Made by a program: the position numbers and the translations under genes
Part shown: positions 16,891-26,489 of the stretch, piece after piece
Layout of the letters: each line of letters starts with the position of its first letter
Position numbering within the stretch: the stretch's first letter is position 1
Source: a virus
DNA length: 37,465 nt
Strand: one strand, 5' to 3'
Virus record (IMG/VR): IMGVR_UViG_3300029819_000015
The notes under the pieces: model-generated
Told to the model about the DNA's origin: nothing
The model's input: the letters and a program-made list of their open reading frames with translations, nothing else
The model's database searches: none

Positions 16891-17162
16891 CAGCACAAGC
16901 AAAGTGGATTGAGACCATGTATTATTGTAAGTAATGATTTTAATAATTCTTTTTGTGATTTAGTGACAATCATTCCAGTTACTACTAAAAAGGATAATTT
17001 ACCACAACATAGAAGTATAATGTTGCGAGGTAGAAAAATTATATCTTACCAGAGCGGATAACAACCATTCCAAAAAAATGGCTGAAAGAGAAAATGTGTC
17101 ATTTAAATGATGCAAATATTCAAGAAGTAAAGATATCAATGAAGATACAATATAATTTATAA
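16891..17162 (+). pseudogene. MazF/PemK-family endoribonuclease toxin remnant (5'-truncated and frameshifted)
   Basis: Frame 1 reads QSGLRPCIIVSNDFNNSFCDLVTIIPVTTKKDNLPQHRSIML up to a stop at 17056..17058. The homology continues in another frame as YILPERITTIPKKWLKEKMCHLNDANIQEVKISMKIQYNL. The switch is at the A5 run 17034..17038. The N-terminal GD(I/V)Y strand is missing. Confidence 0.6.
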
Positions 17163-17173
17163 GAGGTAAGTCT

Positions 17174-17602
17174 ATGGATATTAAAGAACAAATGAAAGAA
17201 ATCATGGATGCATCTGTTACATGTGATAAATGCAATCATGAATTTGTAATAAAGGAAGAATCGATAATGAAAGAAAAGATGGAAGTAAAAGGATTGAAGT
17301 TTGATCTAATTTATTTCTATTGTCCTTCATGCAAAAAAATATATCGTGCTTCCATTCAAGATAGAAAGTATTATCTTCTAGTTGAAGAGCTTGATAAAGC
17401 AAGAAAACAAGTTAGAGATAACTTTGGAACGTTTGATACAACTAAAGCTAATAAATTAAATAAAAAGCTAAAAAAGAAATCTAATGCATTAAAAAATCAT
17501 GTATTAGAAATGAATGATAAGTTCTCTGGTGAATTTGCTTTCTTTGTTGATAACAAAGGAAATAGGACTATTGAATATATCGAAAATGATAACATCAATT
17601 AG
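17174..17602 (+). CDS. Zinc-ribbon protein
   Basis: CDKCNHEF...CPSCKK. SD agaggt upstream. Confidence 0.55.
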   Translation: MDIKEQMKEIMDASVTCDKCNHEFVIKEESIMKEKMEVKGLKFDLIYFYCPSCKKIYRASIQDRKYYLLVEELDKARKQVRDNFGTFDTTKANKLNKKLKKKSNALKNHVLEMNDKFSGEFAFFVDNKGNRTIEYIENDNIN

Positions 17603-17620
17603 AAGTGAAAGGAGTAGAAT

Positions 17621-18079
17621 ATGAAAGAATCTAAATATCAAGTGTTGAATTGGAAAAGATGGAAAGCAACTGCAATTCTATTAAAAGAAACAAAAAAAGA
17701 ATTAGAAAATACTACACAAGCTATATCATATTCAAATGAACTGCCGGGAGGTTCGCACAAGACGATTTATGAAAAATATAATAAGCTTATTGAAAATCTT
17801 GATAAATATGATGAACATATAAAGATGTATGATACTGTTGTCGACTTTTTAGAAGAGTCTATTACTAAATTGCTAAATGAAAAGCAAAGGGAAGTAATTA
17901 TAATATATTCTAACTATCCTAATAACAGTATTGAAAGAATAAATGAAGCTGTTAAAAAAGGATATTCACAAGCAACTTTTTATAGAATTGCTGATGAAGC
18001 ATTTGATATTTTAGATGAGGTTTTAGCTTTAAAAAATAGGGATGTAGAAAAGATTGTAAAAGCTGAAAAAGAAAATTGA
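17621..18079 (+). CDS. ArpU/RinA-like (sigma-70 region-4-like) late transcriptional regulator
   Basis: LNEKQREVIIIYSNYPNNSIERINEAVKKGYSQATFYRIADEAFDIL. Sits immediately upstream of the HNH/terminase module. Confidence 0.6.
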   Translation: MKESKYQVLNWKRWKATAILLKETKKELENTTQAISYSNELPGGSHKTIYEKYNKLIENLDKYDEHIKMYDTVVDFLEESITKLLNEKQREVIIIYSNYPNNSIERINEAVKKGYSQATFYRIADEAFDILDEVLALKNRDVEKIVKAEKEN

Positions 18080-18169
18080 TAATTATTTGATAATTTTTTT
18101 AAGGAAAAATGTGTTATTATGGTAATGTGGTTTAAATGAAAACAACATCAATGCTTTGTCTTGAAAGCG

Positions 18170-18198
18170 AAGAGATAGATTATGTCTATCTCTTTTTC
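18170..18198 (+). terminator. Rho-independent terminator in front of the late operon
   Basis: agagatag (18171..18178) pairs with ctatctct (18186..18193), followed by a T-run. Confidence 0.65.
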
Positions 18199-18223
18199 TT
18201 TACAAAAAAAGGAGGTAGATATT

Positions 18224-18475
18224 ATGTATCATGGAATTCAAAAGAAAATAGTGACTGATGAATGGCTGATAAAAGAAACAAAAGTTAAAGCACAAAATAA
18301 AGATTATATTTATGGTTATGAATATAATGGAGTCTTTTATCAATTGGATATGTTTCCAGAAAACATAAACCAATCATTACAGGAACTAAAAGACAAAGGA
18401 TATAAGAATATATATTACAATAAAGTGGATGAAGAAAAGAAGAACGCTAGAAGAAGTAAAGCAGCTAGTCAATGA
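18224..18475 (+). CDS. Hypothetical protein
   Basis: Strong SD aaggaggt 7 nt before the ATG at 18224. Confidence 0.55.
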   Translation: MYHGIQKKIVTDEWLIKETKVKAQNKDYIYGYEYNGVFYQLDMFPENINQSLQELKDKGYKNIYYNKVDEEKKNARRSKAASQ

Positions 18476-18788
18476 TGGTGATATTCATGCATTCTATGTA
18501 TCACGTGAATGGAAAGATAAACGCATAGAGATACTTAATAGAGATCATTATGAATGTCAAAGATGCAAAGGTAATTATGTTGTTGAATCAAAACCAATAA
18601 AGAGAATTAAAATCAAACGTGCAAAGTATGTACATCACATCATACCGATGAAAGATTGTTTTGAATTAGCATTGGATGATGATAACCTGGTAAGTCTTTG
18701 CTTTGAATGTCATGAGATAGTTGAAGGTAGAGATGGAACTTGGAAAAAATTCAAGTATAAAAAGAAATTGACTAAAGAAATGTGGTAA
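18429..18788 (+). CDS. HNH endonuclease (packaging-associated)
   Basis: DHYECQRCKG...YVHHIIP...NLVSLCFECHE. Located just upstream of terS/terL. Confidence 0.85.
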   Translation: MKKRRTLEEVKQLVNDGDIHAFYVSREWKDKRIEILNRDHYECQRCKGNYVVESKPIKRIKIKRAKYVHHIIPMKDCFELALDDDNLVSLCFECHEIVEGRDGTWKKFKYKKKLTKEMW

Positions 18789-18924
18789 TTCAGTATACCC
18801 CCGTCAAATTCTCATGCGAATTTGAAACACGGAGAACGGGCATGTGGTCCTAACTTTTCAGAAATATTCGCGCGTGCGTGATAACGGGTGGTTGATTAGA
18901 AAAAATAATGAAAGGGGTGTTGTT
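18789..18924. other. Candidate cos/packaging-recognition region
   Basis: A 136-nt non-coding island, locally GC-rich (cccccgtc, cgcgcgtgcgtg), between the HNH and terS genes. This is where HNH-dependent cos phages carry cos. Confidence 0.4.
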
Positions 18925-19236
18925 ATGACAAAAAAAGAAATCAAGGATGACTTGCTTGAACAGCTAGAAGCACAAGGGAAGTATCAAAATTACTATCTTG
19001 ATTTGATTGAAGACTATATGAAATATTATGATCTTAAAAGAAAATGTCAACAGGACATCAAAAAAAAAGGATTGCGATATACAGTTACATCCGGAAATGG
19101 TTTTAAAAGCGAAAAGCCTAATGAATCCGTACAAAACCTAATGAAAATAACAACAACTATGTTGAAAATCCTTGATGAGTTAGGTTTACAAAATCCAATC
19201 AACACCTCTGATAATTCGGATGATGATTATTATTGA
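18925..19236 (+). CDS. terS: Terminase small subunit, P27 family
   Basis: SD aaagggg upstream of the ATG at 18925. MTKKEIKDDLLEQLEAQG...YMKYYDL...GLRYTVTSGNGFKSEKPNESV. Confidence 0.75.
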   Translation: MTKKEIKDDLLEQLEAQGKYQNYYLDLIEDYMKYYDLKRKCQQDIKKKGLRYTVTSGNGFKSEKPNESVQNLMKITTTMLKILDELGLQNPINTSDNSDDDYY

Positions 19237-20897
19237 TTAAATGTCAAGAAATCAATGATTATATCGACTATGTAAAAAAGAATCCAGATAAGATAAACAA
19301 AGAAAGAAAACTGTTGATAAAGAACATCGTTATGCCTACATTGGCTAGAAATGATGTTTTTTTTGATGAAAAAACATATCAAAATTGCTTAAAATATTGC
19401 GAAAATAACTATTATCCTTTGTTTCCTTATCAAAAATTCATATATGCTTTTGTATTTATGTATGTCGATGATGTCCCACTTTTCACAACAATCATTATAT
19501 TGATGGGACGTGGAAATGGGAAAGATGGTTTTATTATGCCACTGATGAATTTTTTTCAGACACCATTATACGGAATTAAAAATTATCACATTGATATCAT
19601 CGCAAATAATGAACAGCAAGCAAAAGATAGCTTCAATGTTGTTTACGAAATGTTAGATGCCCAATGGAATAAATTTAGAAGTAAATTCTATAAAACAAAA
19701 GAGCTTATCAAGAATAGGAAGACACGAGCTGAGTTGCGTTATAATACTTCTAACGCTAAGACGAAGGATGGTAAGAAATCGGGAGCTATTCTTTTTAATG
19801 AATATCATGGATACGAAAATTATGATCAGATAAAAGTGTTTAATTCTCAATTAGGAAAAATAAAGCACGCAAGAAAATTTATTATTACTACAAATGGGAA
19901 CGTTCGAGAAGGTCCTTTAGATGATTTAATTCAATTATGCAACGATATATTAAAAACAGGAGAAAATGATTTAGGTTATTTTCCTTTTTTTTGTAAAATC
20001 AACTCAAAAGAGCAAGCTAATGATCCTAAATATTTTGTCTTAGCAAATCCATCGATGGAATTTCTTCCAGATTTAAAAATACAAATTTTAAGAGATTTTA
20101 AAGAAGCACAAAAATTACCATCGATGATGACAGAATTTTTAACTAAAAGAATGAATCTACCTGCAAGAAACGAAGAAATAACAGTAGCTAAATGGGAAGA
20201 TATTTTAAGAGCTTGTTATAGTGATGTAGAAAATAAGATAGAAAGAGCGATACCAGATGATATAAACTATCATCCTTGCATTATAGGAATTGACTATGCA
20301 GATATCCGAGATTTTGCATCTGCTGGTTTGCTTTTTAAAATAGATGGTGTTTACGTTTGGAGACAAAAGACATGGATTTGCAGGAACAGCCCATTTTTTG
20401 AATCAATTAAATTTCCTATAGAAAACAATATAGGATTAGAGGGATTCAATGATTATGAAATAGTCAACTCAGAAAGTTTAAGTATAAATGCGATTGTCGA
20501 ATGGTGTATTGAACAAATGCAAAAATACAATGTGGTTAAAATCATCATGGATACGTATAGATTTAAGCTATTTAGAGAAGTATTTGAACGAAAAGGGATT
20601 ATTATAGAAGATAAGAAAAATCCAGCTGGACTTGTAAGAATGATTAGAAATCAAGGTGCAATCAATACATATGTAGCTCCTCTAATCGAAAAAGCATTTG
20701 TAGATGGAAATATTAACTTTGGAAACAGTGCCATAATGCGATGGTATACCAATAATACCGCTGTGAAAATGGACAAGTATGGAAATAAATCATATGGAAA
20801 AATAGAACCAAAACTAAGAAAAAATGATGGTTTTATGGCTTTTGTATGTAGTATTTCTGGAGAAGATATGTTAGATGAAACGATTATTTATATATAG
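19233..20897 (+). CDS. terL: Terminase large subunit (Terminase_1-like)
   Basis: Walker A GRGNGKDG. 554 aa. TTG start overlaps the terS stop. Confidence 0.85.
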   Translation: MIKCQEINDYIDYVKKNPDKINKERKLLIKNIVMPTLARNDVFFDEKTYQNCLKYCENNYYPLFPYQKFIYAFVFMYVDDVPLFTTIIILMGRGNGKDGFIMPLMNFFQTPLYGIKNYHIDIIANNEQQAKDSFNVVYEMLDAQWNKFRSKFYKTKELIKNRKTRAELRYNTSNAKTKDGKKSGAILFNEYHGYENYDQIKVFNSQLGKIKHARKFIITTNGNVREGPLDDLIQLCNDILKTGENDLGYFPFFCKINSKEQANDPKYFVLANPSMEFLPDLKIQILRDFKEAQKLPSMMTEFLTKRMNLPARNEEITVAKWEDILRACYSDVENKIERAIPDDINYHPCIIGIDYADIRDFASAGLLFKIDGVYVWRQKTWICRNSPFFESIKFPIENNIGLEGFNDYEIVNSESLSINAIVEWCIEQMQKYNVVKIIMDTYRFKLFREVFERKGIIIEDKKNPAGLVRMIRNQGAINTYVAPLIEKAFVDGNINFGNSAIMRWYTNNTAVKMDKYGNKSYGKIEPKLRKNDGFMAFVCSISGEDMLDETIIYI

Positions 20898-20918
20898 AAA
20901 AAATGAGGAGGTGAATCA

Positions 20919-22067
20919 ATGTTTCAATTTGTAAAGAAATTGTTTAATAAGGATGGTCAATTAGTTGATTACTATATCGATATGATGGCTGAAAAAAATA
21001 GACTTTCGCAGTTGGCATTAGAAATTGGGTTTAACAAGATTGCTGATTTGATATCGAAATGTCCTATTGATGTCTACTCAACGGATAGCGATGCAATCAA
21101 AACTGAATATTGTTTAAATGTTAGACCTAACCCAAATGAGTTTGCTACTGATTTTTGGAAACAAGTTGTTATAAAAATGTGTACAAGTAGTGATGGATGT
21201 TTAGTTGTACAAATGAGTGATGGAAATATTTATAGAGCTGAAAGCTTTGTGCAGTCGGATGATGTTCTATATCCTAGAACATTTTCAAATGTGGTTATTA
21301 GAAGCGGGGATAGAACTTATAAATTGGATAGGATATTTACATCAAATGATGCAGTTTTATTTAAGTATAAAAATGAAAAGTTGTTAGCTTATCTAAATGA
21401 AATAAATCAAGAAAATGCGATTGCTTGGAGTGCTTCCATAAAAGGAGTAAAGTCAAAACTTTCAAAATTTAAAATTCAAATGCCGGGGAATATACAAGTG
21501 TATAGTGAAATAACCCGACAACCAATAACTGAAAATGAGTATACAGAAAAAATTAGAAAGGACCTTTCAAGTGATGATATAAGAGTTATCTTTTCTAGAA
21601 ATGGACTCGACATAAGTGCGATTGACAGCAAGTCAACGATGACTGCTAGTGATGTCAAAGCATTAAAAGATGAAGTGTTCACAAATGTAGCGATTACTTT
21701 AGGAATTCCCAAAAGTGTTTTTTATGGTGAAGTTACTGAAAAAAGTGATGCTAACAATGAATTTATTACGTATGCTGCCGATCCAATTATTCAAGAGTTG
21801 AATGATGGGATGAATGGTTGTTGGCTTTCTCAGCTCGAATGGGAAAGAGGGGATAGGATTTTAATCAATACAGATGCAATCAAGCATATTGATGTAATCG
21901 AGCAAGCATCTAATCTTGATAAATTATATTCTAATGGCTGGTCTCACAACGATATTTTAAAATTACGTGGTAAACCACCAATCGATGAAGATTGGGCAAA
22001 TGCTAGAAGATTTACTAAAAACTATGCTACAGGCATGGATGAAAATACGAAAGGGGGTGATGAATAA
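20919..22067 (+). CDS. Portal protein (HK97 family)
   Basis: 382 aa, directly between terL and the ClpP-like protease. SD gaggaggtg. Confidence 0.8.
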   Translation: MFQFVKKLFNKDGQLVDYYIDMMAEKNRLSQLALEIGFNKIADLISKCPIDVYSTDSDAIKTEYCLNVRPNPNEFATDFWKQVVIKMCTSSDGCLVVQMSDGNIYRAESFVQSDDVLYPRTFSNVVIRSGDRTYKLDRIFTSNDAVLFKYKNEKLLAYLNEINQENAIAWSASIKGVKSKLSKFKIQMPGNIQVYSEITRQPITENEYTEKIRKDLSSDDIRVIFSRNGLDISAIDSKSTMTASDVKALKDEVFTNVAITLGIPKSVFYGEVTEKSDANNEFITYAADPIIQELNDGMNGCWLSQLEWERGDRILINTDAIKHIDVIEQASNLDKLYSNGWSHNDILKLRGKPPIDEDWANARRFTKNYATGMDENTKGGDE

Positions 22068-22786
22068 TGAAGAAAGGACATGAAAAGTTCTATGAATTCA
22101 AAAAATCAAATGAAGAAATGACAGATCTTTATATTTATGGAGACATCACCTCATACAAGTGGGATGAAAGTGATGTAGGTGCCTATGACTTTTTAAAAGA
22201 ATTGAATGATGTCGATACAGACAATTTAACAGTTCATATCAATTCATATGGTGGTTCTGTAAGTGAAGGTCTTGCAATTCATAACATGATTAAAGAATTC
22301 AAAGGAAATGTAACTACTGTATGTGATTCTTTTGCATGTTCAATTGCAAGTGTCATTTTTATGTCAGGAAAAGAAAGAGTCATGCATAAAGGTTCATTGC
22401 TGATGATTCATCATGCGTGGACTTGGGCAAGCGGTAATGCTAAAGAGTTAAGAAAGCAAGCAGATGATCTAGATAAAATCACGGAGCCATCGATTGTTAT
22501 TTACGAAAAAAATTCAAATCTTTCAAGAGATGAAATAGTTGAATTAATGGACAATGAAACATGGATTACTGCAGAGGAAGCTTTAGAAATGGGATTTGCT
22601 ACATCAATCAAAGAAGATGATGATGCACAGCAATCAATCAATGAAATGTACTTGAATCATCAAGTTATGTTGAATAAGGATTTAGAAAAAGAATTGAATG
22701 AGGTAAAAGAAGCATTGAAACTTGAAAAGGCTAAAAATGAAGAGCCATTAACAGGTTGGAATGCTTTTTTTAATACAAAAAAATAG
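22067..22786 (+). CDS. Head maturation protease, ClpP-like (S14)
   Basis: INSYGGSVSEGLAIHNMI and LLMIHHAW motifs. Confidence 0.85.
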   Translation: MKKGHEKFYEFKKSNEEMTDLYIYGDITSYKWDESDVGAYDFLKELNDVDTDNLTVHINSYGGSVSEGLAIHNMIKEFKGNVTTVCDSFACSIASVIFMSGKERVMHKGSLLMIHHAWTWASGNAKELRKQADDLDKITEPSIVIYEKNSNLSRDEIVELMDNETWITAEEALEMGFATSIKEDDDAQQSINEMYLNHQVMLNKDLEKELNEVKEALKLEKAKNEEPLTGWNAFFNTKK

Positions 22787-22803
22787 AAAGGAAAGAGAAA
22801 AAA

Positions 22804-23961
22804 ATGAAATTTAATAAAGTAGATAAAGCTACATTAGAAAAAGCAAAAGAGATTTTAGAAAAAGCAGAAGATAAATCTCAAGCAATTTTAGAAGCAGTAG
22901 AATTAATCAATGAAGCTGCTAATAAGGATTTGATTGAACGAATCTTAAAGGAATCAGCAAATGCAAATGCAAAAGTTCAAAACTTCAATAAGTTAGGATT
23001 GAGACAATTAAGTGATGAAGAAAATAAATTCTATGATGCTTTAAAAACGGATGTTAAACAAGCTATCGATGGAAAACAAATTGATTTGATTCCAACAACA
23101 ATTATTGATAACACCTTAGTCGATGTAAAAAAAGCAAGTGATTTATTATCATTAGTATCTTTTGCCCCATCGGATGTTAAAAAGTGGATTTCAGCATCAA
23201 AAACAGGTACTTATGCATGGGGTGAATTAACTGATAAAATCAAAAGTGAATTAAATATTGCATTTGAATCATTAAATCTTGAACTAGGTAAACTTAGTGC
23301 ATTTTTAGTTATTCCAAAAGCAATCAGAGATTTAGCAAATGAATTTGTTGATAAATATTTTATGGCAGTTCTGGCTGAAACAATGAATGATGGATTAGAA
23401 TATGCATTTTTATATGGAACAGGTATTAATCAACCTATCGGTGTTTTCCGTAAAGTCAGTGAAGTTGAATCAAACGGAGAACACAAAAAGAAAACTAAGA
23501 ATTCAACATTAACTGAATTTACTCCTAAAGGATTAGCAACTGCGAAGACTCAATTAACACATGAAGGAAAAAGAAGTATTTCTGGTATTGCATTAGTATG
23601 TAATCCTAGTGATGAAGCTGCTTATGTAGATCCTGCATTATATGTACAAGCATTAACTGGTGGATATGTGCAAGTATCAAAAGATAAAATTAGAGTAATC
23701 CCTACAGCAAATTGTGAAAAAGGTGATGCAGGATTATTTATTGATAAGCCTGATTATTACACAATGGGATTATCAGCAATTAAAGTTAAAGAATATGATC
23801 AAACAAAAGCAATGGATGATGCAGATGTCATTATTGCAAAAGCTTATGGAAATGGTAGAGCAGTAGATGATGATGTATGTTTCTACTTTGATCCAACAAA
23901 ATTAGTTGAATATATTCCAAAATATTTCCAAACAAATGCACAAACACAAGCAACTGAATAA
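22804..23961 (+). CDS. Major capsid protein (HK97 fold)
   Basis: 385 aa following the protease, with an N-terminal helical delta-like region. Confidence 0.8.
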   Translation: MKFNKVDKATLEKAKEILEKAEDKSQAILEAVELINEAANKDLIERILKESANANAKVQNFNKLGLRQLSDEENKFYDALKTDVKQAIDGKQIDLIPTTIIDNTLVDVKKASDLLSLVSFAPSDVKKWISASKTGTYAWGELTDKIKSELNIAFESLNLELGKLSAFLVIPKAIRDLANEFVDKYFMAVLAETMNDGLEYAFLYGTGINQPIGVFRKVSEVESNGEHKKKTKNSTLTEFTPKGLATAKTQLTHEGKRSISGIALVCNPSDEAAYVDPALYVQALTGGYVQVSKDKIRVIPTANCEKGDAGLFIDKPDYYTMGLSAIKVKEYDQTKAMDDADVIIAKAYGNGRAVDDDVCFYFDPTKLVEYIPKYFQTNAQTQATE

Positions 23962-23969
23962 TTGAAAAA

Positions 23970-24266
23970 ATGGATAAAAAAGTTATTGATAACTTGATAG
24001 ATGAAATTAGAAAAGAGAAATTTATTCCTTTTTATTATGAAGATTCATCTATTAGAAATAATATCCGTGAGGGAAATTATCGCTTAACAAAACTAGTTGG
24101 AACTATTGATTATGATGAAGATTTGACTGCAAGAGCGCTATTAAAAAACTATGTGCTTTACGCATATAATAGTAGAACAGATGAATTCTTTGAAAATTAC
24201 AGTGATGAGATTTTGTCTTGGCAAATGGACAAAGTTCCTTTGATAAAAAATGATGAAGAAAACTAG
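23970..24266 (+). CDS. Head-tail connector (gp6-like)
   Basis: Size and position after the capsid gene. Confidence 0.55.
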   Translation: MDKKVIDNLIDEIRKEKFIPFYYEDSSIRNNIREGNYRLTKLVGTIDYDEDLTARALLKNYVLYAYNSRTDEFFENYSDEILSWQMDKVPLIKNDEEN

Positions 24267-24639
24267 TAGAATTCATATGCCCATTTATAATGATGGGCTT
24301 TTTGAAGTTTTTGAAATCATAGAAGATGATAGCGTTCAAGCAAATACTTCATTGCAATCAAAAGATATTTCTATGACATATCAAGAATTAGGTATATCAG
24401 ACCGATTAAGAAGCGATTTAGACTCTCATGATATTGATATTCAACTAAAAATTAGAGTTCCATACGTCAAAGGATTTATTGATTCAATGAGTGTTTTGAA
24501 AATCGATGAACATTATTATAAGGTTTATAACATTTATCACTTTGTTGATAGTAATGGATTTAAACAATCTGATATAACTCTTGTAAATTGGGAAGGAGAA
24601 TATGATGAAGAAAACGGATTTTGTCAATGCATTAAGTGA
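24250..24639 (+). CDS. Head closure / head-tail adaptor protein
   Basis: Synteny. Overlapping, translationally coupled ORFs. Confidence 0.5.
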   Translation: MMKKTSRIHMPIYNDGLFEVFEIIEDDSVQANTSLQSKDISMTYQELGISDRLRSDLDSHDIDIQLKIRVPYVKGFIDSMSVLKIDEHYYKVYNIYHFVDSNGFKQSDITLVNWEGEYDEENGFCQCIK

Positions 24640-24952
24640 GTTAGATATTCCAATCAACGAAGGTCAAAGCTCTGTCAATAATGCAAGTAAATATCCTAGA
24701 ATCGTTTTTTGGGAAATTGCATGGGATGACAAACTAGCAAGTGATGATGTCTATATCACTATTGAAACGATTCAAGTATCATTCTTTTCTAAGACACCTA
24801 GACATGATAAATTGCTTGAATTGAGAGACATGATGCGAAAATTAGGATTGCATCCTACGATCTATCATGAATATGTAGAAGAAAAAAACAAAGATAGAAA
24901 TTATTATCATTCTTACTTTACGGTAGAGTTAGAAGTTGATAATGATGAGTGA
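24602..24952 (+). CDS. Head-tail joining protein (putative)
   Basis: SD ggaaggag upstream. Synteny. Confidence 0.5.
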   Translation: MMKKTDFVNALSELDIPINEGQSSVNNASKYPRIVFWEIAWDDKLASDDVYITIETIQVSFFSKTPRHDKLLELRDMMRKLGLHPTIYHEYVEEKNKDRNYYHSYFTVELEVDNDE

Positions 24953-25307
24953 TACAAGTGAATTTGATGGACTTCTTGATTTTTCAAAAGCATTAGAAGA
25001 ATATGCGAAAGTATCTGATAATGTAATGGAAGAGGAAGAAAAGATAGCACAAGATTTTGTCAAAGACTTATTGAAACTGCCCAGTCCTAAATCAAAGATT
25101 TCTAAAAGTGGATATACACATTTGATATCCACTTTTTCTTATAGAAAAAAAGCAACAGAAATAGAGATAGGATGGGGTAAATATTATGGTCCTATGGTCG
25201 AAAAAGGAACTATCAAGATGATAAGTAGTCATCCTCATTTAGTACCTTTATGGAATAGAAATTCAAAAAGATATATAGAAAGTTTTAAAAAAAGAAATAA
25301 TTTATGA
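24942..25307 (+). CDS. HK97 gp10-like tail-completion protein
   Basis: GKYYGPMVEKGT motif. ATG at 24942 or 24945, overlapping the previous stop. Confidence 0.5.
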   Translation: MMSDTSEFDGLLDFSKALEEYAKVSDNVMEEEEKIAQDFVKDLLKLPSPKSKISKSGYTHLISTFSYRKKATEIEIGWGKYYGPMVEKGTIKMISSHPHLVPLWNRNSKRYIESFKKRNNL

Positions 25308-25324
25308 AAATAGGAGGTAGAAAG

Positions 25325-25954
25325 ATGTCACAAAAAGAAAAAAGACCATCGATAAAAGAATCTGTCGGTGGATTGAGATATTGTTTTGCTACAACAAATG
25401 AAGTAGATCCTCAAATCTTTTCAGGTAAATATGAAGAAGAGGTCGCTGTTTCAAACGTTGTTAAAAGTATCAAACGTACTGAAAATGGAGATACGACACC
25501 GGTATACGCATCTGGAAGAGATTATGATACAGTTTCTGATACTTCATCCGTTGACAGTGAAGTAGAAGTGGTAGCATTTGATCCTACTGACCTTGCAAAA
25601 ATGCGAGGAGATGAAATTACAGAAAGCGGTTTGATTTTAAAAGGCGGTTCAAGCGAACGTCCATTCTTTGCTTTTGGTCAAACTGTTTTCTATCGTCAAA
25701 ACAGAAAAAAATTCAGATGGTATCCAAAATGTAAATTAACAGCTGATACTGATGATACAAATACAAAAGAAGAATCTTTCAGTGAACAAAATGATACAGT
25801 CACAATTAGAGCTTATCCATTTAATGATAAGGGACAAATTGCTGTTGAATTTGATACTGCTGTAAAAACTGCAACTGGATTAACAGAAGAAAAATTCTTT
25901 AATCAAGTTATCACATCCGATGAAGATCTAAAAAAAGTAATTGCAGGTGGTTAG
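25325..25954 (+). CDS. Major tail protein
   Basis: SD aggagg 6 nt before the ATG at 25325. Positioned ahead of the chaperone and tape measure. Confidence 0.7.
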   Translation: MSQKEKRPSIKESVGGLRYCFATTNEVDPQIFSGKYEEEVAVSNVVKSIKRTENGDTTPVYASGRDYDTVSDTSSVDSEVEVVAFDPTDLAKMRGDEITESGLILKGGSSERPFFAFGQTVFYRQNRKKFRWYPKCKLTADTDDTNTKEESFSEQNDTVTIRAYPFNDKGQIAVEFDTAVKTATGLTEEKFFNQVITSDEDLKKVIAGG

Positions 25955-25956
25955 TA

Positions 25957-26349
25957 ATGGATAAACAAGACATCAAGTTAACGGATGGCAGGGTCATAGA
26001 AATTCAAGTCAGCTTTTTAACTCTTTATTTGATTAAAAACAATAATCTTGATAAAGAAACAAAAGCTTTAAGAAGAATGACTGATAAATATGAAAAGATG
26101 GATGATAAATCATCTGTTGCTGCTAAAAAACTGCATGAAAAAATAGAAGATAAACAATTCTATATGGCTGCAAAAATGATTTATGTAATTTTACGTTCTA
26201 ATCGTGAAAAGGTTGAATTTGAAGATGCATTGGCATTATGCCCAATTGAACCAGATGCGATTGTAAATATAATCAAGCAGTTTGAAAATAAAATGGAAAT
26301 TCTCAAAAAAAAAGACAATATGAAGAACTTTGTGAAGAGCAAGAAATAG
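25957..26349 (+). CDS. Tail assembly chaperone (gpG analogue)
   Basis: Position directly before the tape measure. Contains an A9 slippery run at 26305..26313. Confidence 0.7.
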   Translation: MDKQDIKLTDGRVIEIQVSFLTLYLIKNNNLDKETKALRRMTDKYEKMDDKSSVAAKKLHEKIEDKQFYMAAKMIYVILRSNREKVEFEDALALCPIEPDAIVNIIKQFENKMEILKKKDNMKNFVKSKK

Positions 26350-26489
26350 ATTTCACGATGAATCTTTATCTTGCTTTGACACAGCTTAATTTATCAGAAG
26401 ATGATTTTTGGCACATGAGTCCAATTACTTTTGATGAATTATTAGAAACTCATGTTGAATTCGAAAGGAGTAAAATAGAACATGGCTGA
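25957..26489 (+). CDS. Tail assembly chaperone -1 frameshift product (gpGT analogue)
   Basis: The -1 frame is open from 26304 to the TGA at 26487..26489 and reads ...EELCEEQEIDFTMNLYLALTQLNLSEDDFWHMSPITFDELLETHVEF... Confidence 0.65.

Noticed and set aside
18844-18924. 5' extension of terS (MVLTFQKYSRVRDNGWLIRKNNERGVV)
   Set aside because: It lies in the GC-rich putative cos region. P27-family homology and the SD point to the ATG at 18925.
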